From the NCBI GenBank assembly GCA_035649355.1, contig DASRJS010000009.1:4906-68905 (forward strand): DNA of 64,000 nt, read 5' to 3'. A program made the translations under genes and the position numbers. Under the pieces are notes generated by a model that saw only the letters and a program-made list of their open reading frames with translations, ran no database searches and had not been told where the DNA came from. Below are positions 27,714 through 37,405 of this stretch, one piece after another (positions within the stretch are counted from its first letter, which is position 1; each line of letters starts with the position of its first letter). The stretch comes from Candidatus Polarisedimenticolia bacterium (GTDB lineage: Bacteria > Chloroflexota > Limnocylindria > Limnocylindrales > CSP1-4).

Positions 27714-27829
27714 GCGAGCCGGGCTTCGCGTCTGGAGGGATCGCGAACGCCCGATCGCGTCATCTCCGAAGAGGTAGGTCTCGCGCGTCGGGACGTCCCC
27801 GAGACGCGCGGAGGTAGAGGAGGGTAGGC

Positions 27830-29452
27830 GTGTCCGGTCCGATGGAAAGCCATGCCGAAGTCGCTGCGCGCGATGACGCGCACCTGCGCTCGCTCGGCAT
27901 CAAGCCCGAGCTAAGACGATCGCTCGGCTTCCTCGCGAACTTCGCGGTCGCGTTCAGCTACATCTCGGTCGCTACTGGGACATTCACCAACCAATCCGTG
28001 GCGTTCGGTGTTGGGGGTCCCGCGATCTTCTGGGCGTGGCCCCTCGTCATCCTCGGCCAGACGTTCGTGGCCCTGAACTTCGCCGAGCTGGCCAGTCATT
28101 TCCCGGTCGCGGGGTCGATCTACCAGTGGTCCAAGCGTCTCTCGAACCGAACGCTCGGCTGGTTCACGGGCTGGATCTACTTCTGGGCGGGCGTGGTCAC
28201 GGTCACCGCGGTCGCCGCCACCGTCCCGCTCGTGCTGTCGACCGTGACTGGCTTCGACCTCGCCGGGGCGTCGCCGATTCCCGGCCTCGACCTGTGGCAG
28301 TTCACCGCGCTCGCGGCGCTCGTGACGACGACTGCGATCAACGTCATCGGCGTTCGCCTGCTCGCGTTCATCAACAACATCGGAGTCGCGGCCGAGATCA
28401 TCGGCATGCTCTTCTTCGCGCTGATCCTGCTGTTCTTCTTCAACCACCAGCCGATCTCAATCATCTTCGACACCTCGTACACGAGCGGGCTGTCGGAGGG
28501 TGGCTACTTCCCGGTCTTCCTGGTCGGCGCGTTCATGGCGCTCTTCGTGGTCTACGGCTTCGATACGGCCGGGACGTTCGGCGAGGAGACACTCGACGCG
28601 AGCCGCCAGGCGCCGCGTGGCGTCCTCTCGGCGATCTGGCTGTCGGGCATCGTCGGCGCGATCTTCCTGCTCGCCGTTACCCTCTCGTTCAAGGACGTCG
28701 GCAAGGCGGTCGAGACCGGACAGGCATTCCTGTTCCCGATCGCAGACACGATCCTCGAGAACCTGAACGGGACGCTGTTCGGCACCTTCACGCTCGGCCA
28801 GCTCTACCTGGTCGTGATCCTCGTCGCGGTCTATGTCTGCACGCTGGCGATCCAGGGCGCCACGGTCCGCCTGATGTTCTCGATGGGTCGAGACCGCCGC
28901 CTGCCGTTCGGCAACCTGTGGGCGCACGTCAGCCCGACGCTCAAGACGCCCTCGTACGCCTCGCTGGCGGTTGGCGTTCTCGCGGCGGTGCCGATCATCC
29001 TGACCGGCGCGCTCGGCTCGATCTACCTCGCAATCGCGGCGACCGGCACGATCTACCTCAGCTACTTCCTCTGCAACCTCGGTGTCCTCGCCGCTCGCCG
29101 CCGTGGCTGGCCGCACAAGGGCGCCTGGTTCAAGCTCGGCAGCTGGGGCACGATCCTGAACATCCTGGCCCTCGTCTGGGGCGGCGCGATGATCATCAAC
29201 ATCGGCCTCTGGGCGGACCCGATGTTCGGGGTCTTCGGCTCCTCGCTACGGTCGGACTGGTCGAACCCGTTCATCGACGCGTTCATCACGTTCGGCGGGA
29301 ACCCGATCGAGGGCCTGCCGCACTGGCCGGTCTTCGAATCGCTCGTCGGCGCGATCATCCTCGTCGGAGCGATCTACTACGTCGTGGCACAGCGCGGCCG
29401 CGAGGATCGGGTCGAGGCTGACATCGCCACCGGCGAGGCCGTCATCGGCTAG
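27830..29452 (+). CDS. APC-superfamily amino acid/amine permease
   Basis: It has about 12 TM segments and the motif FPVAGSIYQWSKRL. GGAGGG precedes the GTG at 27830. Confidence 0.9.
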   Translation: MSGPMESHAEVAARDDAHLRSLGIKPELRRSLGFLANFAVAFSYISVATGTFTNQSVAFGVGGPAIFWAWPLVILGQTFVALNFAELASHFPVAGSIYQWSKRLSNRTLGWFTGWIYFWAGVVTVTAVAATVPLVLSTVTGFDLAGASPIPGLDLWQFTALAALVTTTAINVIGVRLLAFINNIGVAAEIIGMLFFALILLFFFNHQPISIIFDTSYTSGLSEGGYFPVFLVGAFMALFVVYGFDTAGTFGEETLDASRQAPRGVLSAIWLSGIVGAIFLLAVTLSFKDVGKAVETGQAFLFPIADTILENLNGTLFGTFTLGQLYLVVILVAVYVCTLAIQGATVRLMFSMGRDRRLPFGNLWAHVSPTLKTPSYASLAVGVLAAVPIILTGALGSIYLAIAATGTIYLSYFLCNLGVLAARRRGWPHKGAWFKLGSWGTILNILALVWGGAMIINIGLWADPMFGVFGSSLRSDWSNPFIDAFITFGGNPIEGLPHWPVFESLVGAIILVGAIYYVVAQRGREDRVEADIATGEAVIG

Positions 29453-29523
29453 CTCAGCACCTCACCCGTTCGAAGCGGACGGCGCGGCGGGAGCCCTCCT
29501 GCCGCGCCGTACCATGTCCGGCG

Positions 29524-30498
29524 ATGTCCAGCCCGGTGGCCGACGCGGACGCACCCGGCGCGATTGACGACGAACTTCGTGGTGAGCTGCGCGACGAGCT
29601 CGCTCGTGCGCTCGGCAGATTGCCCGAGCTCGCCGGTCGAGAGCTGAGGTTCAGCGCGCTCTCCGGCGGGATCACGAATCGCAACTTCCTCGTTCGAGCC
29701 AGCGGCGGCGATGATCGCTACGTCGTCCGCCTGGCCGGCAACGACACGCACCTGCTCGGCATCAGCCGCGAGGTCGAGCATGCGGCCACGGTGGCCGCGG
29801 CCGGCGTCGGCGTGGGTCCGGAAGTCGTCGCCTTCATCCGGCCGGAGGGCTACCTCGTCACGCGTTTCATCGTCGGCGAACCCGTCTCCGACGATGTCGT
29901 CCATCGGCCCGAGACCCTCCGCGCCGTCGCCGACTCGATCCGCCGGATTCATGACGGTCCGGCAATCCCCGGCCTGTTCATCCCGTTCCGCATCGTCGAG
30001 GCGTACCGCGCCCTCGCCTTGGCCCGCGGTGTCCGGATCCCCGCGGAGTACGACCTGGCTCATGCCGTGAGTCGCAGGATCGAGCTCGCGCTCCTCACCG
30101 CTCCGATGGAGCTGCGGCCCTGTCACAACGACCTGCTGAACGCCAACTTCATCGATGACGGGCAGCGGATCCGGATCGTCGATTGGGAGTACGCGGGCAT
30201 GGGCGACCCGTTCTTCGACCTCGGCAACTTCTCGGTCAACCACTCGCTCACTGCGGACGAGGATGCGATCCTCCTCCAGGCCTACGACGGCGACGTCCGA
30301 CCGGCCCGCGCGGCGCGTCTCACGCTCATGCGCGTCGTCTCGGACTTCCGCGAGGCGATGTGGGGCGTGCTCCAGCAGGGCATCAGCACGCTCGATGTCG
30401 ACTTCGTCGCGTACGCCGCCGAGCACTTCGAACGCCTGCTCGCGAACGCGTCGACACCCGCTTTCGAACGGGCGCTCCGCGACGCGGCCGAGGGCTGA
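29524..30498 (+). CDS. choline/ethanolamine kinase-like phosphotransferase (APH/ChoK fold)
   Basis: LSGGITNRNFLV is the nucleotide loop, CHNDLLNANFI is the Brenner motif and IVDWEYAGMGDPFFDLGNF is the choline-kinase motif. Confidence 0.85.
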   Translation: MSSPVADADAPGAIDDELRGELRDELARALGRLPELAGRELRFSALSGGITNRNFLVRASGGDDRYVVRLAGNDTHLLGISREVEHAATVAAAGVGVGPEVVAFIRPEGYLVTRFIVGEPVSDDVVHRPETLRAVADSIRRIHDGPAIPGLFIPFRIVEAYRALALARGVRIPAEYDLAHAVSRRIELALLTAPMELRPCHNDLLNANFIDDGQRIRIVDWEYAGMGDPFFDLGNFSVNHSLTADEDAILLQAYDGDVRPARAARLTLMRVVSDFREAMWGVLQQGISTLDVDFVAYAAEHFERLLANASTPAFERALRDAAEG

Positions 30499-30516
30499 GG
30501 CGGCACGCTGACCGGG

Positions 30517-31548
30517 GTGCGCCGTTCGGGGGGCCTGCTCATCGCTGCCACGATCGGCTGGCTCACGGTCCTCGCCGGACTTGCGGCGTTTGTCGGCAGC
30601 ATTGGCAGTGAACCGACGGGCTCGGTTACGCCGAGCGGCTCGTCAGACCTCGGCTCGCCGATCGCGAGCTCCGGACCGAGCTCGGCGGCTGCTTCGGCAC
30701 CCGCCAGCCCCTCCGATGGCAGCCCGGCACCATCCGCCAGCTCGGCCGAGCAGACGGCGACGCTCGTCGGCGCGGGTGACGTCGCGTCCTGCGGACTCGA
30801 AGCGGATTCAGCGACTGCGGCGCTCGTCATCACGATCCCTGGGACCGTCTTCACGGCGGGCGACAACGCCTACGACAGCGGCACGGCCGACGAGTTCGCC
30901 ACCTGTTTCGAACCGACGTGGGGCGCTTTCAAGTCGCGAATCCGGCCGGCCGCCGGGAACCACGACTGGAATACGGCCGATGCCGCCGGCTACCTCGGGT
31001 ACTTCGGTGACGCCGCCGTCAACGCCGACGGCCGGACCTGGTATTCGTACGACCTCGGCGGGTGGCACATCATCGTGCTCGATTCGGACTGCGTGAAGGT
31101 CGGCGGCTGCGAGCCGGACTCTGAGCAGGGCTCGTGGCTGGCCGCTGACCTTGCCGCGTCCGACGCGCGCTGCTCGCTCGCCATCTGGCACCATCCGCTG
31201 TTTTCGTCCGGGTTCCACGGCGGAATCACGACGAGCGCGCCGCTGTGGCAGGCGGTCGCGTCCGCGGGCGTGGACGTCGTCCTGAACGGCCACGATCACG
31301 ACTACGAGCGGTTCGCGCCGCAGGACGAGGCCGGCAGGGCCGCCGCGGACGGCACGCGCGAGTTCGTGGTCGGAACCGGCGGTGCCGCGCTCCGGCCGTT
31401 CCCGGGCGGAAACGTCCCGAACAGCCTCGTCCGCTCTGCGATTGCTCACGGCGTCATCGAGCTGACCCTGCAGCCGAGCGGCTACGTGTGGCGCTTCCGC
31501 TCGACCGACGACACGTTCTCGGACCAGGGCAGCGCTGCGTGCCACTAG
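30517..31548 (+). CDS. secreted/membrane-anchored metallophosphoesterase (calcineurin-like)
   Basis: An N-terminal TM anchor is followed by a Ser/Pro/Ala linker, then GDNAYDSG, AAGNHDW, WHHPLFSS and LNGHDHDYERF. Confidence 0.85.
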   Translation: MRRSGGLLIAATIGWLTVLAGLAAFVGSIGSEPTGSVTPSGSSDLGSPIASSGPSSAAASAPASPSDGSPAPSASSAEQTATLVGAGDVASCGLEADSATAALVITIPGTVFTAGDNAYDSGTADEFATCFEPTWGAFKSRIRPAAGNHDWNTADAAGYLGYFGDAAVNADGRTWYSYDLGGWHIIVLDSDCVKVGGCEPDSEQGSWLAADLAASDARCSLAIWHHPLFSSGFHGGITTSAPLWQAVASAGVDVVLNGHDHDYERFAPQDEAGRAAADGTREFVVGTGGAALRPFPGGNVPNSLVRSAIAHGVIELTLQPSGYVWRFRSTDDTFSDQGSAACH

Positions 31549-33977
31549 TCGATCAGGCGCGGATCGTCGTCATCGGTGGCGGGATCACCGGCGTCAGCGT
31601 CGCCTATCACCTCGCGCTGGCCGGCGAGACCGACGTCCTGCTCATCGAGAAGTCGCAGCTCACGGGCGGCGCCACGGCCCACGCGGCCGGGCTCGTCACC
31701 GCGTTCAACCCCTCCGCGACGATGATGGGCTTCCGGCGCTACAGCATCGCGCTCTACGAGCAGCTCGGCGTCTTCGAACGCTCGGGCAGCCTCCGGATCG
31801 CGTCGAGCCCGGACCAGCTCCGCGAGCTGCAGCGGACGGCCAGCCGGGCGCGCGGGATCGGCCTCGACGTCGAGCTGATCCCGCCGGAAGAGGCAGTGCG
31901 CCTCCTACCGACCATGTCCGGCGAGGAGCTCTACGGCGCCGTGTACCTGCCCGGCGACGGCAGCCTCGACCCGCACGCGACGACCCACGCGATCGCGGCC
32001 GCGGCGAGGCGCCTCGGCGTTCGAATCCAGACCGGTGTCCGCGTGACCGGCATCGAGCTGTCCGATCGCCGGGTCGTTCAGGCCGTCGTCACCGAGCGCG
32101 GCCGGATCAAGACCGAGATCGTCGTCAACGCTGCGGGCCTGTGGGGACCGCGGATCGCGGAGATGGTCGGCGGGTTCGCGCCATCGACCCCGGTCGACCA
32201 CCAGCACATCGCCCTTCGCGCGGTGCCGGGCCACGAGATGCCGGCCGGCTCACCGTGCTTCCGTGATCCCGACAACCTCGTCTACGGCAAGGCCGAAGCG
32301 GGCGGCGTGCTCTTCGGCGGCTACGAGACCAACCCGGTGTCGCGCTGGGAGGACGGCGTGCCGTGGGACCACGCGGCTCGCTCGCTCGCGCCGGATTACG
32401 AACGCTTCGAGCCGCTGATGGCCGGCGCGATCCGGCGGTTCCCGTTCCTTGCGGACGCCGAGGTCGTTCGCCTCGTCTGCCACCCGGATGCGATGACTCC
32501 GGACGCGAACCCGCTCCTCGGCCCGATGCCGGGCGCCCGTGGCTTCTGGCTGGCCGCCGGCCTCTCACTCAACGGCTTCGGCGCGGCCGGGGGCATCGGC
32601 CAGGCGATCGCGGCCTGGATCACGACCGGCGACCCGGGCGTGGATATCGGGCCGTACCGCGCCTGGCGGTTCGCTCCGACCTACCGCGACCCGTCGTACG
32701 CGGCGGCCTGCGCCCGCGAGACGTACGCGGACTACTACCGCCAGCGCTACCCGTTCGATGCCGACGAGGCCGGCCGGCCACGTCGCCTCTCCGCGGTCCA
32801 TGGCCGGCTCCAAGAGGCCGGCGCCGTCTTCGGGACGAAAGCCGGCTGGGAACGCGCCGATCACCTCGAGCCGGGCGCGGGGTCACACCGCAGCGGTCGC
32901 GACCAGCGGGCCTACGGCTTCACGAAGCCGCCGTGGCTGGACCGCGTCGGCGCGGAGCATCGCGCCGTTCGTGAGCGCGTCGGGCTCATCGACCTGTCCT
33001 CGTTCGGACGGATTCGAATCGTCGGTCCGGGGGCATTCGAAAACCTCCAGTACGTCTCGGCAAACGACATCGACCGGCCGGTCGGCACGATCACGTACAC
33101 GCAGTGGCTCAACGACCGCGCCGGGATCGTGGCCGACGTGACGGTCACGCGCGACGCGGCCGACCGGTTCACGGTCGTGACCGGCGCCGGGTACGTCGGC
33201 GGGGATATGGGCTGGCTCGAGCTCAACGGGCGCGTCAGCGACGAACCGATGTACCTCATTGAGCTCAGCGACTCCTTCGCCACGTTCGGCCTCTGGGGGC
33301 CAAACGCCCGCCGAGTCCTGGAGGCCGTCACCGACGACGACGTTTCGAATGCCGGGCTGCCCCTGCGCCAGGCCCCCGAGATCCACGTCGGCGGAGCGCC
33401 GGTGCAGGCGGGCCGGATCAGCTATGCCGGCGAGCTGGGCTGGGAGCTGGCGATGACCCGAAATTGGGCGGTCAGCGTGTGGGATCGGCTCGTCGCCGCC
33501 GGGTCGAAGCACGGCCTCGAGGTCGTCGGCTACCGGGCCCTGGAGTCACTCCGGCTCGAGAAGGGCTACCGCTACTTCGGCACCGACCTGACGACGACGG
33601 ACACGCCGGATGAGGCCGGGCTGTCCGCCTTTGTCCACCCCGATCGCAAGGAGTTCCGTGGCCGCTCGGCGCTCCTCGCCCGACGCGAGGCCGAGCCTGA
33701 CGGCCCGGTGCGCCGCCTCCGCACCGTCCGCTTCGAAGGCCCGGAGTACGTGCCGGTCTACGGCGGCGAGGCCGTTCGCGTGAACGGCGAGGTGGTGAGT
33801 CGGCTGCGTTCCGCCGGTTACGTCTTCACGACGCCGGGCAGCGTCGGCACCGTCTACCTGCCGCGCGGCGTGGAGACCGGAGGCGCGGTGGAAGTCGACG
33901 TCTTCGATGCACGGCTTGTCGCGACGGTCGTCGATGATCCGATGGTCGACCCATCTGGCTCGAAGATGCGGGCCTGA
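31539..33977 (+). CDS. FAD-dependent oxidoreductase fused to GcvT-like folate-binding domain (dimethylglycine oxidase/sarcosine dehydrogenase family), copy 1
   Basis: IVVIGGGITGVSVAYHLA is the dinucleotide fold, with GGATAHAAGLV. The C-terminus has SFGRIRIVGPGA and ISYAGELGWEL (aminomethyltransferase fold). The start is GTG 31539. Confidence 0.85.
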   Translation: MPLVDQARIVVIGGGITGVSVAYHLALAGETDVLLIEKSQLTGGATAHAAGLVTAFNPSATMMGFRRYSIALYEQLGVFERSGSLRIASSPDQLRELQRTASRARGIGLDVELIPPEEAVRLLPTMSGEELYGAVYLPGDGSLDPHATTHAIAAAARRLGVRIQTGVRVTGIELSDRRVVQAVVTERGRIKTEIVVNAAGLWGPRIAEMVGGFAPSTPVDHQHIALRAVPGHEMPAGSPCFRDPDNLVYGKAEAGGVLFGGYETNPVSRWEDGVPWDHAARSLAPDYERFEPLMAGAIRRFPFLADAEVVRLVCHPDAMTPDANPLLGPMPGARGFWLAAGLSLNGFGAAGGIGQAIAAWITTGDPGVDIGPYRAWRFAPTYRDPSYAAACARETYADYYRQRYPFDADEAGRPRRLSAVHGRLQEAGAVFGTKAGWERADHLEPGAGSHRSGRDQRAYGFTKPPWLDRVGAEHRAVRERVGLIDLSSFGRIRIVGPGAFENLQYVSANDIDRPVGTITYTQWLNDRAGIVADVTVTRDAADRFTVVTGAGYVGGDMGWLELNGRVSDEPMYLIELSDSFATFGLWGPNARRVLEAVTDDDVSNAGLPLRQAPEIHVGGAPVQAGRISYAGELGWELAMTRNWAVSVWDRLVAAGSKHGLEVVGYRALESLRLEKGYRYFGTDLTTTDTPDEAGLSAFVHPDRKEFRGRSALLARREAEPDGPVRRLRTVRFEGPEYVPVYGGEAVRVNGEVVSRLRSAGYVFTTPGSVGTVYLPRGVETGGAVEVDVFDARLVATVVDDPMVDPSGSKMRA

Positions 33978-33978
33978 G

Positions 33979-34889
33979 TCAGCCCGAGACAGCGCAGAGC
34001 CAGCCCTCGAGGTCGGGCGAGGAGAGCTTCTCGCGGGCTCGAGCCCAGCGTTCTTCGGCCCAGCCGAAGAAGTCGTATTCGATCGGCGAGATCCGGGCCT
34101 GGATCGCCGCCCACAGCGTCCAGCCAACGTCCGACATCAGCATCTGGACCCTGCAGCGGGCCACGACAGCGGCCGTGACCTCGCCGAAGTAGGCGGCGCA
34201 CAGCTCGCGCAGACGATCATCGTCGAAGCCGAGCTCCTGGGCCGTGTTCCCGAGCTCGAAGGTCGGGTCGTTGTTGCCGCTGTACTCGTAGTCGACGATC
34301 CACAGCCGTTCGCCATCGTCGAGGTAGTTCTCGGCGAGCAGATCGTTGTGACAAGGCACGCTCGCGAGCGGCCGCACCCGCATCGCCGCCTCGACCCTCG
34401 GCAGCGCCGCAATCCCATCGCGGTAGCCCGCGGGGCGGGGATGGCCCGTTCGTCGACCAGGCGAAGGTAGCGCTCGGTCAGCCGGAACATGTCGAAGTCG
34501 TCGCGGAACCGCGGGCCTGCGTGCAGCCGTCGCAGCGCATCGGCAATTCGAACGGGCATGCCGGGTGGCCGGAAGGCATCGTTCGACATCGTCCGGGCGT
34601 CGAGCCAGGCGAGCACGATGACGTTAAGGGCCGGCAGGTGGTCGACGACGGCCGGCCCGGCGCCAGCCGCCGCGGCGGCACGCGTGTTGTGGAGCTCGTT
34701 GCCGCGGTCCACCGCAAGGAGCTCGGTCGCCTCGCCCGGGATCCGGAGGAAGTACGGCGTGCCGTCGACAGTGACCCGGTAGTTGCGGTTCGTCAGCCCG
34801 CCGCTGATCGGTACGGCGGAGACCTCCCGACCATGCCACGCGGTCATGGCGGCGAGGACCTCGTCGATTGTCGGGGTCGGCGCGGGCAT
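33979..34889 (-). pseudogene. choline/ethanolamine kinase-like phosphotransferase, frameshifted (paralogue of 29524..30498)
   Basis: The N-terminal part (MPAPTPTIDEV...ISGGLTNRNYRV...RYLRLVDERAIP) is in the frame of ORF 34137..34964. The C-terminal part (PAGYRDGIAAL...PCHNDLLAENYL...IVDYEYSGNNDPTFELGN) is in the frame of ORF 33979..34383. The total length of 911 nt is not a multiple of 3. Confidence 0.75.
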
Positions 34890-34948
34890 GGCCACAGTCT
34901 GGCAAACACGGCCCGCGCCGTGGCAGCGGCGGCGGCTAGGCTTCAGCC

Positions 34949-37405
34949 GTGACGGATCACGCACGGGCAGTGGTCATCGGCGGCGGCGTCGGCGGGACGT
35001 CCATCGCCTATCACCTGGCCCAGCTCGGTTGGTCCGAGGTCATCCTCGTGGATCGCGCGGAGCTCACCTCCGGCTCGACGTTCCATTCGGCCGGCCTCGT
35101 CGGGCAGCTTCGCTCGAGCGTGACCCTGACCCGGATGATGATGTACGGCGCCGACCTGTACCGGCGCCTGACGGCCGAGACCGGCGTGGACGTGAGCTGG
35201 CATGAGGTCGGCTCGCTGCGCCTCGCGTCGACGGAGGCACGCTACGAGGAGCTCCAGCGCCAGGCCGGCTGGGCGAAGACATTCGGGTTGCCGCTCGAGC
35301 TGATCTCGGCCGCCGAGGCCCAGGAGCGCTTCCCGCTCATGACAGCGGATGGCGTCCTCGGCGCGGTCTGGCTGCCGACCGATGGCTGGCTCGATCCGTC
35401 CGGCCTCGCCCAGGCGCTCGCGGCGGGCGCCCGCGCGAAGGGCGTCCAGGTTCGCCAGCACACACGCGTGGTCGGCATCGCGGTGGAGCGCGGCCGGGTG
35501 ACCGGCGTGGAGGTCGAAGGACGCGACGGCAGAACAACGATCGCCACCGACGTCGTCGTCAACGCCGGCGGCATGTTCGCGCCCGAGATCGGGAGACTCG
35601 CGGGCGTCACGGTCCCGATCATCCCGATGGCGCACCAGTACCTGTTCACGAACGCCGTGGACGGTGTCCACCCAGGGCTGCCGACGATGCGCGACCCCGA
35701 CAATCTCTGCTACTTCCGCGAGGAGGTCGGCGGGCTGTGCATGGGCGGCTACGAACGCGACCCGATGCCCTGGTCGCTCGACGGGATCCCGCCGGACTTC
35801 AACCACCGGCTGCTCGACCCGGACTGGCCGCGCTTCGATTCGATCATGGCCGGCGCCATCCGGCGCGTTCCCGCCATCGCCGACGCCGGGGTGACGCGGA
35901 TGATCAACGGGCCGGAGGCCTTCACCCCGGACAATGAGTTCATCCTCGGTGAGAGCGAGGTCCGGGGCTTCTTCGTCGCGGCGGGGTTCTGCGCCCACGG
36001 CATCGCCGGCACCGGCGGCATCGGCCAGCAGATGGCCCAGTGGATCGTCGGCGGCGAGCCGGAGCTCGATCTCTGGAAGATGGACATCCGCCGATTCGGC
36101 GGCCAGTACCGCTCGCAGGCCCTGACGCTCGCTCGGACGTACGAGACGTACGCGACGTACTACGACATCCATTACCCGAACGAGGAGCGGCTCGCGGCGC
36201 GCCCGCTGCGGCTCTCGCCGGCCTACGACGAAGTCGCCGCGCTTGGCGCCGTCTTCGGCGAGAAGTCGATGTGGGAGCGGCCGAACTGGTTCACCCCGAA
36301 TGAAGACGGCGCCGGCGTCTCCTCGCGCGCTGCCCTCGAGGCGCTGCGGCCGCGGGGCTGGGCCGGCGAGCATTGGTCGCCGGCGATCGGCGCGGAGGCG
36401 CTCGCGACCCGACAGACGGCCGCACTGTTCGACGAATCGAGCTTTGCGAAGATCGAGGTTGAGGGCGAGGGCGCGCTCGACTACCTGCAATACCTCTGCG
36501 ACAACGACATCGACCGGCCCGTGGGTTCGATCGTCTACACGCAGATGCTCAACCGCCGCGGCGGCATCGAGTGCGACTTCACGGTCACGCGGCTCGCCGA
36601 GGACCGCTTCCTCATCGTCACCGGGACGGCGTTCGGGAACCACGACCTCGGCTGGATCCGGAGCCACCTGCCAGAGGACGTCCGGGTTCGAATTCGCGAT
36701 GTGACGTCTGCCCGGGCGTGCTTCGGGCTCTGGGGGCCGATGGCGCGCGACATCCTTGCGCCGCTGACGAAGGACGACGTTTCGAACGACGGCTTCCCGT
36801 ACCTCACCGCGCGCGAGATCTCGATTGCCGAGATCCCGGTTCTCGCGCTGCGGGTGACGTACACCGGCGAGCTGGGTTGGGAGCTCTATCCGCCGGCCGA
36901 ATATGGTCGCGCGCTGTGGGACCGCGTCTGGGTCGCGGGCCGCGAGCACGGTCTCGTCGCCGCCGGTTACCGCGCCATCGACGCGCTGCGACTCGAGAAG
37001 GGCTACCGCGTCTGGTCGAGCGACATCACCCCGGAGGAGACCCCGTACGAGGCCGGTCTCGGCTTCGCCGTCCGGCTCGACAAGGGCGTCGACTTCCTGG
37101 GTCGCGACGCTCTCGTTGCGGCCAAGGCCGCAGGCCCACGGAAGCGCCTGCGTTGCCTCGTCCTCGATGATCCGCGCTCGGTCGCGCTGGGCAACGAGCC
37201 GGTCCGGGTCGACGGCCAGATCGTGGGCCGGGTCACGAGCGGCGGCTACGGCTTCGCGGTCGAGCGCTCGATCGCCTATGCGTACTTGCCGCCGGACGTT
37301 GCCGTCGGGACGAGCGGCGAGGTTGAGGTGTTCGGCGAGTGGGTCGGGTGCGCGGTCGCGCGGGAGCCGCTCTGGGACCCCGATGGTGCGAGGATCCGCT
37401 CGTGA
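34949..37405 (+). CDS. FAD-dependent oxidoreductase fused to GcvT-like folate-binding domain (dimethylglycine/sarcosine dehydrogenase family), copy 2
   Basis: AVVIGGGVGGTSIAYHLA and SGSTFHSAGLVGQL are present, with the C-terminus VTYTGELGWELY and RLEKGYR. It is divergent from the frameshifted kinase. Confidence 0.9.
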   Translation: MTDHARAVVIGGGVGGTSIAYHLAQLGWSEVILVDRAELTSGSTFHSAGLVGQLRSSVTLTRMMMYGADLYRRLTAETGVDVSWHEVGSLRLASTEARYEELQRQAGWAKTFGLPLELISAAEAQERFPLMTADGVLGAVWLPTDGWLDPSGLAQALAAGARAKGVQVRQHTRVVGIAVERGRVTGVEVEGRDGRTTIATDVVVNAGGMFAPEIGRLAGVTVPIIPMAHQYLFTNAVDGVHPGLPTMRDPDNLCYFREEVGGLCMGGYERDPMPWSLDGIPPDFNHRLLDPDWPRFDSIMAGAIRRVPAIADAGVTRMINGPEAFTPDNEFILGESEVRGFFVAAGFCAHGIAGTGGIGQQMAQWIVGGEPELDLWKMDIRRFGGQYRSQALTLARTYETYATYYDIHYPNEERLAARPLRLSPAYDEVAALGAVFGEKSMWERPNWFTPNEDGAGVSSRAALEALRPRGWAGEHWSPAIGAEALATRQTAALFDESSFAKIEVEGEGALDYLQYLCDNDIDRPVGSIVYTQMLNRRGGIECDFTVTRLAEDRFLIVTGTAFGNHDLGWIRSHLPEDVRVRIRDVTSARACFGLWGPMARDILAPLTKDDVSNDGFPYLTAREISIAEIPVLALRVTYTGELGWELYPPAEYGRALWDRVWVAGREHGLVAAGYRAIDALRLEKGYRVWSSDITPEETPYEAGLGFAVRLDKGVDFLGRDALVAAKAAGPRKRLRCLVLDDPRSVALGNEPVRVDGQIVGRVTSGGYGFAVERSIAYAYLPPDVAVGTSGEVEVFGEWVGCAVAREPLWDPDGARIRS

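Noticed and set aside
27730-27829. Glycine riboswitch in the permease leader
   Set aside because: Only partial matches are present (CTGGAGGG, CTCCGAAGAGG). The conserved CAGGCAAAAGGAC-type 3' half is absent. I kept it only as a generic 'structured leader' finding.
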